A DNA stretch of 64,000 nt from Malacoraja senta (GCA_038087875.1 CM075990.1:15996001-16060000), one strand, 5' to 3'. Counted from the stretch's first letter, positions 1 to 14,000 are shown. Numbers and translations: made by a program. The notes: a model not told the origin generated them from the sequence alone.

Positions 1-1342
1 AATCGAGGCCTAGCAGTGAGAGGAATTCTCAGAAAGGACCTATTACGGAAAAGGTATCTAAAAAGGGTCAGAATTAGACAAAAAGAGTCGAAGAGAAAGT
101 TATCAGGAAGTTTGAAAATGTCCTCTTTTAAAGTAAGGTATTAGAGAGCACAAAACAGTGAAAACACTTTCCAAAGTTAAAAACTTTTCAAAGTTTCGAT
201 GTTAAAAGTTCAATAAAATCAATTAGTACCAACATAATTGTGACATTATGCTTCAAGCCTCTTTAACTCAAAGTTCAAATACAAATGGCTATCTCTATTA
301 ACTCTGCTTTTCAGAATCAGAACTCAACTGACAATGTTACCATGGAATTGAGGCAGTAATATAAATTTAAGCTTTAAAAAATAGATGGTATTTGTAACAA
401 CATTCTTAATTAGTCTGGTTCCATTTAAATTTGCATTATTTGAATTATTATCATATTGCAACCATTACTTTACATTCTGTATCTATGCTATCAAAATTGT
501 TATACCTATGGATCAATCATTTTCTGCAATTTAGAAATAATGTTAAGGTTCCAAATATTCTGTTAGCCTAGATTAATATATTTCAATAATAAGTAACAAA
601 CCCAATATTAAGTGCTGTGCTTTTAACAATTTACAAAGCTTACAAGTATTTTGACCCATTAGCTGCAAGTCAAGGAGATAGTTCAGTCAATGTAGAATGA
701 CTACAACCATAAAGCCACACAATTATTCTCAAACGACATCGCTTCACTGTAGTTTGATCTTTCAATGTCACATATACTTTGTTTACCCTGGAGCAAAGAA
801 GGCCTGGGGTAACCTCATAAAAGTATATAAGATTGAGAGTCTTGGATAGTCAGAACTTTTTTCCCCCATAGTAGATAATAAAAACAAGAGGACATAGGTT
901 TAAAGGTGAGGGGAGGAGTTTCAGAAAGGAAGAGAGGAAGGATATTCATCTCGTCAGATTTATGGAAAATTTGTGCTTTTCAGGCAGGTCTTGTTATTTC
1001 TCTTAAATGTTATATTGTCAGCTATGAATAACTACTTTTCATTTACTTTTTTGAAAAAATGAACATGTTATGGAGTCTGATCTTTCCAAAGGCATCATGG
1101 CAAGCGGGACAATAACATTTTAAAATAATGTAAATTGTAAATATTTAAATATGCCTTAATTTGAATTAATTAAACTTTCACTTTACAATGTTAATAAGAA
1201 ATGTTTTAGGACTGGATTGCTTAAATTCCTAAATGGAGACTGACCAGTAATCACCAATTACATTATTAATCTATTTGTTTTAATGGAATACCATCAGAAA
1301 GCTTGCCCTCACCACGAGGCACATACAATCTCACCATTGACA

Positions 1343-1640
1343 GGGGTGCAGCGGTAGGATTGCTGCCATACAGCGCCAGAGACCCTGGTTCGATCCTGAC
1401 TAGGGGTGCTGTCTGCACGGAGTTTGTATGTTCTCCCCGTGACCCTCATGTGGTTTCTACGGGTACTTCAGTTTCCTCCCACACTCCATAGACGTACAGG
1501 TTTGTAGGTTAATTGGCTTTGGTAAAATTGTAAATTGTCCATTGTGTGTAGCATAGTGTTAGTGTGCGGGTATCGCTGGCCGGCGTGGGCTAGGTGGGCT
1601 GAAGGGCCTGTTTCCATGCTGTATCTCTAAACTAAACTAA
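1343..1640 (+). mobile_element. tRNA-derived SINE (HE1-like); further copies at ~8066-8420(-), 15260-15560(+), 41540-41846(+), 49230-49525(+) and degenerate ones at ~58780-59040(-), 59600-59900(+)
   Basis: B-box GGTTCGATCC, shared body, CR1-like 3' end GGGCCGAAGGGCCTGTTTCC, (AAACT)n tail. Confidence 0.88.
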
Positions 1641-1732
1641 TATTAAGACAACTGACCAATTATAAATAATACAACAGAAGGAAAGCGACAGAACTAAAGA
1701 GATTCTATACAAATATGACATGCTGCTCATAC

Positions 1733-1889
1733 CTGTCCTTCCTGTAATCTCCAGTTGACACAGGGCTGATGGAGATCTTAGTGAGAGAAGAAATTGAACT
1801 CTGTGATTGGCTGCTGCCGAATGAAGAAGTTTCTAGATTCATGGGTGACTGCGGAGGTGTAATCAAACTCGGACTGCTTCTCTCTGAAC
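1733..1889 (-). CDS. DLG5: DLG5 exon, GSERSSPSLITPPQSPMNLETSSFGSSQSQ...GDYRKDR
   Basis: aatcag|GTTCAG...AGGACAG|gtatga; 157 bp, phase 1-2; TPPQSP and RKDR motifs. Confidence 0.93.
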
Positions 1890-4680
1890 CTGATTGAAAA
1901 CATATCAAAGTGAAAGAGGGTAATGCAGAAAAACTGCTCTGTAAAACTGACGCGCCCAATTTGCATTTTCTTTGAGGAGTATTTGATTTAATCTGAAACG
2001 CGTCTCCAGTATCAAGTCATTGATGGGAATTTTTGAAAAAATATCACTGCCATCAATCAACCAGCTTGCCCAGACTGTTCATGACAGCATGCAACAAAGT
2101 GCCATGAATGTTGACAGCCATCCTGTCAAATTTTACAGCTCTGCTCCAGAGAAGCTCATACAACAGAAACTGTTTCAGTATGCCAAAATCTTAATGCAGT
2201 GTAGTCCCCTCATTTATTTCTAGTTGATACATGAGCTTTGCTATACATGAATATAGCCTTCTGCTGAGATTCCTTTGCCCCCTCTCTCACTCTTTCTAGA
2301 AACCACCCTATTTTGCATGCCCTCTGCTCATTCTGCCAGTTATACAGTTTTCATGGAGAATAACTACCACTGCACCAATTATAGAGTGTAGGAAGGAACT
2401 GCAGGTGCTGGTTTACACCAAAGATAGACACAAAAAGCTGGAGTAACTCAGCGGGTCAGGCAGCTTCTCTGGAGAAAAGGAATAGGTGACGTTTTGGGTC
2501 GTGACCCTTCTTCAGATTGAGAGTCGGAGGAAAGAGAAACGAGAGATATGGATGTTGATGTAGAGATATAGAACAAATGAATTAAAAATATGCAAAAAGG
2601 TAAAGATCAAGGAAAATGTCCATTGTTAGCTGTGTGTGGTTAGGTGTTAACGAGTTATACAGACTATGAAACTCACCTGGACGACAGTGAAACTAATACA
2701 ACGACTAGGATGGGGGAGGGACAGAGAGAGAGGAGGTGCAAAGGTTACCCTAGAGTGCCTTATCTTTAAATCATGACAATACCCCATCAGCATCTACCAT
2801 AACACACCTGTCTTCAAAAACTAAATCTAGAAAGCACCAAACAACCAGCAAAATGCCAATTGAAATCACAGGTACACAAAAATGCTGGAGAAACTCAGCA
2901 GGTGCAGCAGCATCTATGGAGCGAAGGAAATAGGCAAAGTTTCGGGCCGAAACCCTTCTTCAGACTGATAGGGGTGGGGAGAAGAAAGGAAAAAAGGCGG
3001 AGGAGGAGCCCGAGGGCTGGGGGAGGGGAGGAGACAACCAGAGGGCTGATGAAGGGGAGGGGACAGCAATTGAAATCACAGCCTGACCTGCAACCTGCAA
3101 GTCAATGGGCGAGGTTTTCAGTGTGCTAACAGCCAAGTAACCAGACAGTTACCACAGCAACATCATAATGTACATAAAAAGAAAGGGAAAGTGGAGCTTT
3201 GCATTTAATTGGAAACCAAAACGATTATAAAATACTCGCAAAATTGTCTCATTCCTTTTACGCAGTGGCATTTACAAACATTTACAACTTGTAGAGTTCA
3301 AATATGTGATTTACGTGAATAAGATTTCTAAATTTACTCACTGAAAATACAAGATGCCTTGTTCTCCTGTCAGAGGGGCAAATTTATTCGTCACTAAAAA
3401 GCCTGACTAGCGCCTTGGTTCAGTTTTCATGCCCAGACCGAAACCAAACAAGGAATAAAATGAGTAACTAAGTGGATAGTGCTGACCTTACCCAGTAGAT
3501 CAGGTGGCAACTCAAGAGAACATGGATAGGCGACCTTTTAGGTCAGGATTTCTTCAGACTGATTGTAGTCGGGGAGGGAGGGAGAGAGAGAAAACTAGGA
3601 GGGATAGGACAAAGTCTGGCAATGTGTCAAACTTTACCCCCAGCTCTCTTCCAGCTTTCTCTCCCCTTCCCCCCCCCCCCCCACTACAATCTGTCTGAAG
3701 AAGTATCCCGACCTGAAACCTTGCCTATCCATGTCCTCCAGATATGCTGCCTGACCAGCTTTATTACTCAAGCACTTTCTGTCCTTTGTGGAAAATCAGC
3801 ATCTACGGTTCCTTGTCTAGAAATATATCCTCTCAAAAATAACAGATTTTACAGTTGACAACAAAACCATACTACAAAAACCTAAAATTGTCTACCCACA
3901 ATAGCTCTACTTTTTTCTGCAGTGTGCAAGAACATTTGTCTCTTACTTCTCATAATCATAATCATACTTTAGTAGCCAAGTATGTTTTGCAACATACGAG
4001 GAATTTGATTTGCCATACAGTCATACTAATAAAAAGCAGCCGATATTAATTATTCTGGTACAGATATAAATAAAACTATTAAAAATCAAATGGAATTTGG
4101 CTGACAGAATCTCAACTGGAATCCATCTCCTGGGATGCTGTAAAAATTTGAGCAAGATACCAGTTATATGTGAACTATTATTAAAGTAACTTCGTTCAAG
4201 AAGGAACTGCAGATGCTGGAAAATCAAAGGTAGACAAAAATGCTGGAGAAACTCAGAGGCAGCATCTATGGAGCGAAGGAAATAGGCAATGTTTCGGGCC
4301 GAAACCCTTCTTCAGACTGAAGGGTTTCGGCCCGAAAAGTTGCCTATTTCCTTCTCCAGCATTTTTGTCTACCATTAAAGTAACTTCACAGCCGTTACGA
4401 GGGCTTACACATATTGAGAACTGCTGACATATAATTCAAGTAGCAAATAATTCAAATAGCAAATTTCCCAAGAAACATAAAGTGGATTATTATAAATCGT
4501 CACTGCAATATTTTTCTACTACAAACCCTTCAACTGATGATGCTTACGACATGCTCAAGGTAACACATGCACCTTATTTCTAAATGCCTCCTTTCCGTGC
4601 TGTGGGGATATAGGGAAAAATGCAGGAAGAATAACAAACAAATAATTTGTGATCCTCTAATGAGTGGTGCAGAATATTAC

Positions 4681-4782
4681 CTCTGTCAGAGCCTGTAGTC
4701 AATCGGGGATACCTTGTGTTGGAAGGGATTCGAATCCTTCCACTTTTACTGGGAGCAAAAGCCAGGCTGCTTGATGAACCAG
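4681..4782 (-). CDS. DLG5: DLG5 exon, AGSSSSLAFAPSKSGRIRIPSNTRYPRLTTGSDR
   Basis: tttcag|CTGGTT...GACAGAG|gtaata; 102 bp, phase 1-1; preceded by a 90-bp intron. Confidence 0.92.
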
Positions 4783-4872
4783 CTGAAAAATCAAAGGGTA
4801 CAGTGAACATTCTTTTGCAAAGAAATCGGGCAGATCTAAAACAAGATCAAAAGTGCAGAAGTGAAGAATTAC

Positions 4873-5003
4873 CTATACGTGCACTGGCTGGCAGAGATTG
4901 TGTTCCGTGTGGTGTTGTGCTTCTGGAAGACTTGGACAAATCACTCGAATGGTTGTGGTCTGGGCCGGTCAGATCCAGGCTGTGATGTGCATGATGCTGT
5001 GGA
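4873..5003 (-). CDS. DLG5: DLG5 exon, PQHHAHHSLDLTGPDHN...HGTQSLPASARI
   Basis: gtgtag|TCCACAG...CGTATAG|gtaatt; 131 bp, phase 2-1; SLDL and HG..SLP.SAR motifs. Confidence 0.92.
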
Positions 5004-5633
5004 CTACACAAAACATTTTCGACTGTCATACTCAATTTTTAAAACTATATATTGAATAAAATAGTGCATTAAAGGAGAGCTCTTCATAAATGTAGAAATA
5101 AAAATTAACAATTAATGCATTTAACTGCCCAATTAGCGTTGAAAATAAAACAACCGTTATTATATTTCTTCATTTCTTCTATTAGTTGACACAATCTGCT
5201 ACTTTCAGTTTCATTGACAAGCATATCTAGCCCATAAAAAAGCTCTTGCAGGCATCCTCAATATATCACTGGCCAGGCAATCTTCCTTCTTAGCCTCCAT
5301 TGTAGTGTATATTGCAAAAAACATCTCCCTTCAAGTAATGTCCCTTCAAAGCTTCAATTATCTACCATCAAAAATGTACTCTTTGGATCTGCGTTCCCCA
5401 TACCTCCTGGAAAAAAAGCCGCTAAAGGCAACAATTACGAGAATTCAAAGATACTTAATTGGCTCTTTGTCACTGCAGGATACGAAAAGCCCTGCTTTGC
5501 AGGAGCACCGTTTTCAATGCTTGTTACCATGGCATCAATTTAAAGCAGTTCCATAACATACATCTTGTATTTGAAATTTTCAATGTCGGGTACAGTTGTA
5601 AAAATTATGTCTTTCAGAAGGATGTAATCTTAC

Positions 5634-5744
5634 CTAAAACCTTCAAAGGTATGCATGGATTCTGGGAAGCAAATTGCACTCTGAGGTCTATGCCGAGTCC
5701 GTGGAGAACTAGGAAAGTTTTCAGTTGGTGAATGGTTCCTCGTT
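5634..5744 (-). CDS. DLG5: Candidate DLG5 cassette exon, RTRNHSPTENFPSSPRTRHRPQSAICFPESMHTFEGF
   Basis: T-rich acceptor ...tttaatgtag| and |gtaaga donor; 111 bp, open in the phase 2-2 frame required by its neighbours. Confidence 0.6.
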
Positions 5745-6362
5745 CTACATTAAACCGGGCAAAAACAAACCATAAACAATCGAAGGATGTTTCTGACCCA
5801 ATGAACAATACCAAAACTAGAATTTTCATATGAAGGAAACTATAATTTTGTATTTAAAACAAAATAGAAATTGTTTTGTATTTGCCTGGAACAATAACAA
5901 CGTGTAAGTAATTTAACAGTGACTTATAAACTAACTGGATATAATTTCATAAATGTAATAGAAAAATAGAAATATAATAGAATTATATAAAAATATAATA
6001 TAAATAATTGACTGTTGTTTTCTCTGCAACAGATGTGCAGAAAAAAACTGCTTAAGCTTCTCAACAGGGTCAGAATACAATGATTAATATCAGTTTCCAG
6101 CCAATTACATCAAATCAAACTCAAATTCACAAATGATTATCTGGTTTAGCGCTGGTATGTGCATAGGCCTAGTAACAGGTCTCTCTGGACATATTGCAAG
6201 CATATATACACATTAGGTGCAGCAAGTAGACCATGACAGCATTTTATTCATTTGTATTTTTGTAAATTGTCTAAGACCACTAGTTGCCTCAGCAGAGGAA
6301 GGGAATTTGGACAGGAATTTGAAATTGGAATTTGGTAACCAAGTGTGTTGGTTGATTAATAC

Positions 6363-6516
6363 CTATGTTGTGGATGTGGATAGCACATCTGACTCGCCAT
6401 GGAAGGGTAGTTGGTACTGTGGACCATGCGACTGCGCACAGTGAAGAAAGGAACATTTGGATTTCGCAGAACCGCTGTCACCGCTGGACAAGGCACAAAG
6501 CTCCTCTGTGCACTGC
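6363..6516 (-). CDS. DLG5: DLG5 exon, GSAQRSFVPCPAVTAVLRNPNVPFFTVRSRMVHST...PHPQH
   Basis: atgcag|GCAGTG...CAACATAG|gtatta; 154 bp, phase 1-2; LRNP..TVRS motif as in human. Confidence 0.88.
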
Positions 6517-7770
6517 CTGCATTTAAAAGAGGGAAAATTAATTTAAATGGTCACACATACCAAAGGAGAACAATAATAGCTTCTCTACCCTCTATATCAG
6601 AAACTCCTCATCTTCTGTAACATTCTGGTATCTATCCTTCACTTAAATGCCAGCATTTCCCTGCATAAATGCCACTAAGTTTGCAATTCTTTCTTCGAAG
6701 AGTGGTTCTGAAATTGTTGGCATGGTCACTAGCCTATTCCTGACAGTACCTGAGGTTATACTCCCCATTGCCTCATAAGTTCATAGTTCATAAGTGATAA
6801 GAGCAGAATTAGGCCATTTGGCCCATCGTCTACTCCGCCATTCAATCATGACCTATCTATCTGTCCCTCAACCCCATTCTCCTGCCTTCTCACCACAACC
6901 CGACTCCTGCGGTAGAGCACAGTAAGTCCCCAGCAATTCTGCATGGAACCTGTCACAAAGTTATTGAGCTATTCAGCTCAGAAACAGATCCTTCCCCCAA
7001 CTCAACAATGCTGATGAAGTTGCTTCACACAGCTAGTCCCACTTGCCTGCACCTGACCCATATCTCTCCAGACCTCTATGACCATTCACCTTATCTACGC
7101 TCCTCATAATTCCATTCATTTGAGTGGCAAGGAACTGCTATAAAGAAGCAAGGAAAATGTATCTAATTTTCTTTCCATTTTACTTTATTTAAAGCAACAC
7201 GACCACTTTAGTTTGGTTTTCATTTAAAGAAGCCTAATGTGTTTTAAAAATCACTTAAATGAAAATAATTTTTTGCATGTTTGAACACTCAGAAAATGTT
7301 AGTTAAGCCCAGCCAGTTATCAACGATGCTACTCAACTCGTTTGCAGGCAGGGCTAATTCCCTCAATCTCTTCCCTCTCGATCCACATCATTAATTCCTG
7401 GAAGGTCCTTTCATCACACAGGGCCTCACAATGGAGGAAAGGATGCTGCCTTGAGCAGCATGATAGCCTCAGGAGATCAACATGGATTCATGCCAACATT
7501 ATATCATAGATATGAGTCGAGTATGGAAGCCAACACTGACTGCAAAATCCCAGGCAATAGTTCAACTGACACTTAACCAATGATTCATGGGAACAGGGTT
7601 AACTCTTATGCCTTTGTACTTGTGTCTTTTTCCAAAGTTAAACTACACTTTTCTAATAATGCTTCAAGAAAGAAATGCATCCGATCATCGCTTCAAAATG
7701 GTAAAAGGATTGCAAATGTGTTTCTTACTAAAGCAACAAATATTTCAAGATTGTTTTTTCGTCAACTAAC

Positions 7771-7948
7771 CTGAACCTGAATTATATGTTGTTGACGTGT
7801 AGCCCGCACTTTGCCTGTGCGCGCGTTTCGGTGTGTAACGGTGCCATTCCTGTGGCTCTGCAGATAGACGTTCTTCACTTGAATTGTACCTGGGAACCGG
7901 GGAGCTAGATGTGCGACTCTCATAGAGCAAATGAGGGTCAACACTTTC
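7771..7948 (-). CDS. DLG5: DLG5 exon, ESVDPHLL...EERLSAEPQEWHRYTP...NSGS
   Basis: tcacag|GAAAGT...GGTTCAG|gttagt; 178 bp, phase 0-1; LS.E.QEW..Y.P motif as in human. Confidence 0.85.
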
Positions 7949-9094
7949 CTGTGAATATAAATAAATATTTGCCTTCAAATCATTAATAGTCATCTGTCAT
8001 AAAAAAAATAAAGCATTTCCAAATTATTTTCTGAACATGCCTTTCATACCCTTTAAGTACCTGTAATTAGTTATTAGTTTTTAGTTTAGTTTGCAGGTAC
8101 AGCACAGAAACAGGCCCTTCGGCCAACAGAGTCCGCGCCGACCAGCGATCCCCGCACACCAACACTATCCTACACGCACCAGGGACAATTGAAGATAGAC
8201 ACAAAAAGCTGGAGTAACTCAGCGGGACAGGCAACATCTCTGGAGACAATTTACATTTATACCATGCCAATTAACCAACAAACATATACGACTTTGGAGT
8301 GTGGGAGGAAACCGAAAATCTCGGAGTAAACCCACGCAGGTCACGGGGGAGAGCATACAAACTCTGTACAGACAAGCACCCATAGTCAAGATCGAACTCG
8401 GGTCTCTAGCGCTGTAAGGCAGCAACTCTACTGCTGCACCGACTCTTTTCTGTGTTGCATTTCAGACTGCCACATCACTTTTATGTTGCTAATAAAGAAA
8501 CCTACTTGTGTTGATGAATTTGCTTCTCAACAACCATGCAAGAAGAGTCTAGGGTAATTGTGCATGGAATTTCTTCCAGTTTCCCCAGGCCCCTTCAGTT
8601 CCCAATACACAAGAGGTTGGGATAATGAATATCAATTGCACTCCTCACATCATTTCCATTATAACTTCTCAATATCCTTCTCATTTCTCATGCAATTTTG
8701 TTTGTATATAAAGAACTGCCCATCTTGGAATATACAATAATAGAACCATTTCCAACTCTTCAGTAGACCTTGCAGTCCTGCCACAAATCCAAATGGGTGA
8801 GTATTTATTTATTTTGTCACTAATTATTTCAATCCAAGTAAACTAATTTTTTATACCTCCAATTAGTTAGAGACACAAATTCCCCTCTCTCATAACACTA
8901 GAGAGAATCAAATTAACTAATCCAATTTGAAAGCCAAGAACTAATTATCACAATGTCATTCATTATTTTCCACACGCAAGGAAAAGCCTGGGAACTCCAG
9001 ACCAGTGAGCCTAATATCTGTGGGAGCCAAGTTACTGGACAGTATTCTGAGCAATAAGATATATATATACATTTGAACAGACAGGGAGAGGCAG

Positions 9095-9850
9095 GCACGG
9101 TTTTGTACGTGGGAGATCTCGTCTCACGAATCTGATAAAATGTTTGAGGAAGTAACTGAAAATGTTGACGCCAGAGCCATAGATGTTGTCTTTATGGACT
9201 TCAGAAAGACATTTGATAAGGTTCCACAGAACAGACTGCTCGGAATGGTTAAATCACATGGGATCCTGTAGCCGACTGGATACAGATTGGCTTCATGGAA
9301 GGAAGCAGAGGGTTGATTAAGGAAGGTTGTTTTTCGGAAAGAAGGCCTGTAATAGTGGTGTGTCTCAGCGATCAGTGCTGGGCCCTTTACTGTTTGTGGT
9401 TTAAATCAATAATGTGGATGAGAATGCACAAGGCATGATTAGTAAGATTGCAGATGCCATAGAAGTGGCGGCACGATGGCGCAGTGATAGGAGTTGCTGC
9501 CTTACAGTGAATGCAGCGCCGGAGACTGGGGGTTCGATCCTGACTACGGGTGCTGTCTGTACGGAGTTTGCACGTTCTCCCCGTGACCTGCGTGGGTTTT
9601 CTCCGAGATCTTCGGTTTCCTCCCTCACTCCAAAGACGTACAGGTATGTAGGTTAATTGGCTTGGTTAATGTAAAAATTGTCCCTACTGGGTGTGGGATA
9701 GTCTTAATGTGCGGGGATCGCTGGACCGAAAGGGCCTGTTTCCGTGCTGAATCTCTAAACGCAAAGTGGGTGGCATCGTAGATAGTGAAGATTAATGTAG
9801 ATGGGGCGTGTTGGCTGGCATGGGCAAGTTAGGCCAAACGCTGTATGACG
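9095..9850 (+). mobile_element. Old CR1 RT fragment with nested HE1-like SINE (~9465-9760)
   Basis: Degenerate DV.FMDFRKTFDKVPQ, GVSQ.SVLGP and SKIAD, then a SINE, then the LINE resumes. Confidence 0.8.
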
Positions 9851-10423
9851 CATGAAATTCGATGCCTTCGGTCTATTTTCACAAGGCAACTGGCAGCAGT
9901 CTTAAGAAAGCAACACCGGTCATGGTGTTTACAGAGAGGACTGAGACCCATCAAGTAATCAGACTTTAGGGTCAAATGCACCCTACCATGACAAGAGAAG
10001 TCACTATTTTAATTGTCTGTTTCACCAAGTAGTGGGTGTTAACATTGACTCATCTGATGAATGTTACCCATCAACATACCGTAAGACCTAAAGAATCTCA
10101 TGTCCACTGACTGTGCTCCATCCAATTCATTTCAAAAAGTATGTCAGTCATTCTAGTTGGCATTTTTCTGGTTTTTGATGATCAGTGCATTCTCTCAAAA
10201 AGTGAGGGTTAAATAGTTACAAGCAGCTGCAAATATACAGAAATGCTACTTCCGAAGCACGATCTCCATTCCCAATCGCTCCCCCACCACCAAACGTCAC
10301 TGTGCAATCAACTCAGGTAAGAATTAAAGCGAAGATCACGTAGTTATCTGTAATTGCTCCCATGTTTATAAGATTTATACCAACATAATGACACAATAAT
10401 AATTGATGTCATTTACAAATTAC

Positions 10424-11446
10424 CTGAGGGGACAGTCCAGAAACGGTTAAAGGAGCAAGTTTGCTGGGTCTTAAAGCAGGAGCAGATTTTGGTCGACGTC
10501 TGCTGACAGGTTGTACCTCCTCAACGCGCTGATGACCTTCCTCCTCGGAGGAAGTCCTTAATAGTAAAGCACTCCCTTCTAAGTATGTTGTTGGGTGATA
10601 ATGGCCCACATTTCTATCATGGACTTCTTGCGTGGTGTCCTGTTTTACTCCAAGGGCAGCAGGTGACCGAGGGCCAGCGGGACTGGTCGGAGGTGACCCA
10701 CTGGTTGTTGCAGAATCTGAAGCCGAGCTGGTTTGCTGCTTGTGTTTGAATTTAAATGAATCGCTCCTCTTTGGAGGTGTGGGAGGCGTTGAACCCGATT
10801 CACTCTTCGAGGACTGTGAAGAATGTGTCTGCTTTTGCATTGGGGAGAGATAATCCATCTTTGGAGGAGTCTGTGGCCTTTTGAAAGTATCTGGATCAAA
10901 GACTGGCTTCCTCTGTTTTGGCATTTTGAATATGGAGAGTTTCCCAGGTTCAGGTGAAACATCCACCATTGTTTTTGGCCAGGTGCCACCATTGTGCTTG
11001 GGACTATGCCCCTTTTCAACTTCAGTCTCTCCCACAACACAATCTGCCACTGTTGACTCAAAGGTGAAGCACCTTTTCTCATGCTCCGCAATCCCATAGC
11101 CTCTATCAGAAAAAATCTCTGAGCTGAGAGGATTAACTTTAAGGTCTGGATAGTTGCAGCAACTATGCTCAGCTGTCCTGTATGTATTAGGCTGCAAAGA
11201 ACGGCTGGACAGCTGTTTGCGATCATGATAACTGCCATCTTTGTGATCAGCTCTATCGCTTTTGTCGTCAAGAATGTTCGAATCTGTAATGAAAATGTCA
11301 GTCTGTGTTGAGCTATTGTGTTTCAAGTTTCGCGCATTAGGAATCTGTACGTCCGACTCTTGAACCCGACAGTTACCAGATTTCTCAGACTCCTTTAGTG
11401 TTTCAAGTATATTCTGCCCACTCCAAGATGAACTCTGAGGAACCAC
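10424..11446 (-). CDS. DLG5: DLG5 large Ser/Pro-rich linker exon (VVPQSSSWSGQN...GGTWPK...FKRPQTPPK...RRRPKSAP...LSPQ)
   Basis: ttgaag|GTGGTT...CCTCAG|gtaatt; 1023 bp, phase 0-0; lies within the 347-aa ORF. Confidence 0.96.
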
Positions 11447-12104
11447 CTTCAAAGGAACGACAAAATATTAGTGCTTAATTGGAGTAATGCACGGTGTCGC
11501 TCAACCAAGACCTGTTTTAAGTATCACAAATGCAATTATCACCTCTGGAGTTGAAGTTGTGCATGCAGCTAAATTAAAAATTAGGTGACAAAATATTTCT
11601 GAACTTTAGAGAAGGGTTACCTATCTTCAGAAAAATTATGGAAACTGGTGCTATGAATCCACTTTCTACCAAATTTAACCAAGATATTTGTACATGTAAA
11701 ACATTAGTTTAGTGAGGATGCAAATATCTACTTTTCCTAATTTTTGGTACAAACCCTATTCCCATCCACCTTCAACATCACTGCTGTGGGCATATTGGTG
11801 TTAGCATAATTTACAATAGATAGACAATAGACAATAAGTGCAGGAGAAGGCTCTTCAGCCCTTCGAGCCAGCACCGCCATTCAATGTGATCATTGAGTGA
11901 CCATCCACAATCCACAAACCAATTCGACCTGCTATAACTGGTGAATAACATTTTAAAATGTTGACACAAGAAACTGCCAGGTGCTGGAAGATCTCAGCGG
12001 GTCAGGCAGCATTTGTGCAAGTAAAGGGCAGTCAATAATTTGCGTCAAGACCCTTCCTCAGACTAAACAACATTCTAAAATTAGGTTGACATTAGGTAAA
12101 AGGC

Positions 12105-12350
12105 TGGAGTGACTCTTGGGTCAGACAGCATCTCTGGAGAAGACGAATAGGTGACGTTTCGGGTCGAGACCCTTCTTCAGACTGAGTCGGGGGAAAGACA
12201 AATAAGAGATATAGATGGAGATATAGAAAGAGAACAAATGAATGAAAGATATGTAAAAAAGTAACGATGATAAAGTAAGAAGGCCATTGTTAGCTGTGGC
12301 AAAGGTGAAGACGAGTTATAGAGAATGAGGCTCAACAAGATGGCTAGGTC
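12105..12350 (-). repeat. Penelope-type terminal repeat with intact hammerhead-like core at 12153-12180; one of ~20-25 copies in the window
   Basis: Minus strand reads CTGAAGA-A-GGGTC-TC-GACCC-GAAA-CGTC; other intact cores at 24963-24990(-), 34826-34853(-), 53447-53474(+). Confidence 0.7.
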
Positions 12351-13907
12351 TTAAAATTAGGCGATGGATTGTAGATAAGCTGGAAAAGAGATATGAACAG
12401 TATTAAAAAAATAATTTATTTGAAAAGGGTTCAGATTAAAAAAGTGATTCTGTAGGAATGCCAAGAGATCCGCTCTTCAGACATCTGGCTTTGACTTGCA
12501 ATATCTTCCCAAGGCAGTCTGAAAGGTTTTAAAACTGGAATCACAGACAATTAAGTTAATTACTTTAACAGGCTCCAAACGAAGAACTGAACAGCTAGGG
12601 TGCCCAAAGTAGCCTTCACACAAATACATAGTATCTTTGCAGTTGACCTGTGGGAATTCTAGATAATCTTTGATTATTCTACATTAAACAATTACAAGCT
12701 GGAGCAAAGGCTGAAAAAGTGGTGAGGGAGTACACTTCAGTCACGAAATATAAACAATTCAACAAAGATGCAATGTTACACAACTTCTTCCAATTTCCGT
12801 CTTTAATGAAAAAGTCACCAATGGACATTATTCTACTTTCATGCAATCATTCTATGCCTGTGCTTGGGTACAAGGACATCAACTATCCAGAACATTATGC
12901 TGTCAGTGAAGCGCATGAGAGAATGGGCCTTGCATCTTATGCCTGGAAATCTTCCACAACCTGCCCTGTTGAACAGCAATGTCCTCTTGTCAACAGGACA
13001 CTGCGTGGTCAGTTTAAAAAAAATGTAATAATCTTACTAACTCCTGAGAAATCCTAGCCCATATCAGCTCAAAATAGAAGAGAAGAATTGGATGGGATGG
13101 CACCAAGAACCTATTTAATGGGAGAATATTGACGACCAACATCACCAGTAGTTCCCCACCTCCCATCCCATCCTATCAAGCATCTCCTGCCAGCTTGGAA
13201 TACACAGAACTGGATGGAAGTAGATTATTCAAAATCGTACGGGTTTGCCTAAAATTATATTATGTTATGCAACTATGCTTTCTAAAATTTACAATGGAAA
13301 ATCTGCCAAGGATGGATTTATCTTTTTCTCAAATTCTCCACATATTCTCTAAACGAAACTTAACTAAACTAACAGTATTTGACAGATTTACCCTCCCAGG
13401 AAGTCACATTATAAACAGATATGCATGTTCCTTCTTCCACTTACATGATGCTGTAGGACCATCCTCTTGTGTCTTTGGGTGCTTGAGTCCACACAGTCTC
13501 AAAGGCCAATGCTGGCCTATTGCTTTAACAATGGCCCATCGCTTTAAAGACTACACGGGAACACTAGAGTATCTTAGCTGGAGTGCAGGGGGAAGGATAC
13601 TCACCATTTTTTAATAAAGATGAAGAATATGATCATAGGGAGTTGGCCTCATTCTGGGAGAATCAGAGCAGCCTGGAGGAGATTGGGGCAGGAATGAAGA
13701 GAAGACTGCAGGAATCAAGAGTGTAAAAGAGGGACAAATAGAGGTAGGAGAATTAAGGGGATAGGAAGGGGAGAGATAGATAGGAAACCTATGCATTGCA
13801 AGACCGTTTTTAAGGAGAAACTTTCAAAGAAAACAACTATTTCAAAGTGCTTTTTGGACCAGTCTGATATATTTTTGTGGAACTGAACCATTTTGTGTGA
13901 ACCATAC

Positions 13908-14000
13908 CTTCATTAGTGAAAGACTGACAGAATCCCTGCAGTTTCGTAACAAAGCTTCACATTCTGTCAGTGACTTGTTTTCTAGTGCAATACCATTTAT
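13908..14000 (-). CDS. DLG5: DLG5 exon, PDZ2 second half INGIALENKSLTECEALLRNCRDSVSLSLMK
   Basis: tcacag|ATAAAT...ATGAAG|gtatgg; 93 bp, phase 0-0. Confidence 0.95.

Noticed and set aside
1343-1420. tRNA gene-like A/B boxes here and in similar copies
   Set aside because: These are SINE heads continuing into shared SINE bodies and tails; no complete cloverleaf
10645-11271. 208-aa alternative-frame ORF overlapping the large DLG5 exon
   Set aside because: Shadow frame of a long coding exon; no recognisable homology
13129-13614. 161-aa ORF on + (and the 147-aa ORF at 53618-54061)
   Set aside because: Low-information intronic sequence with no motifs or supporting gene structure
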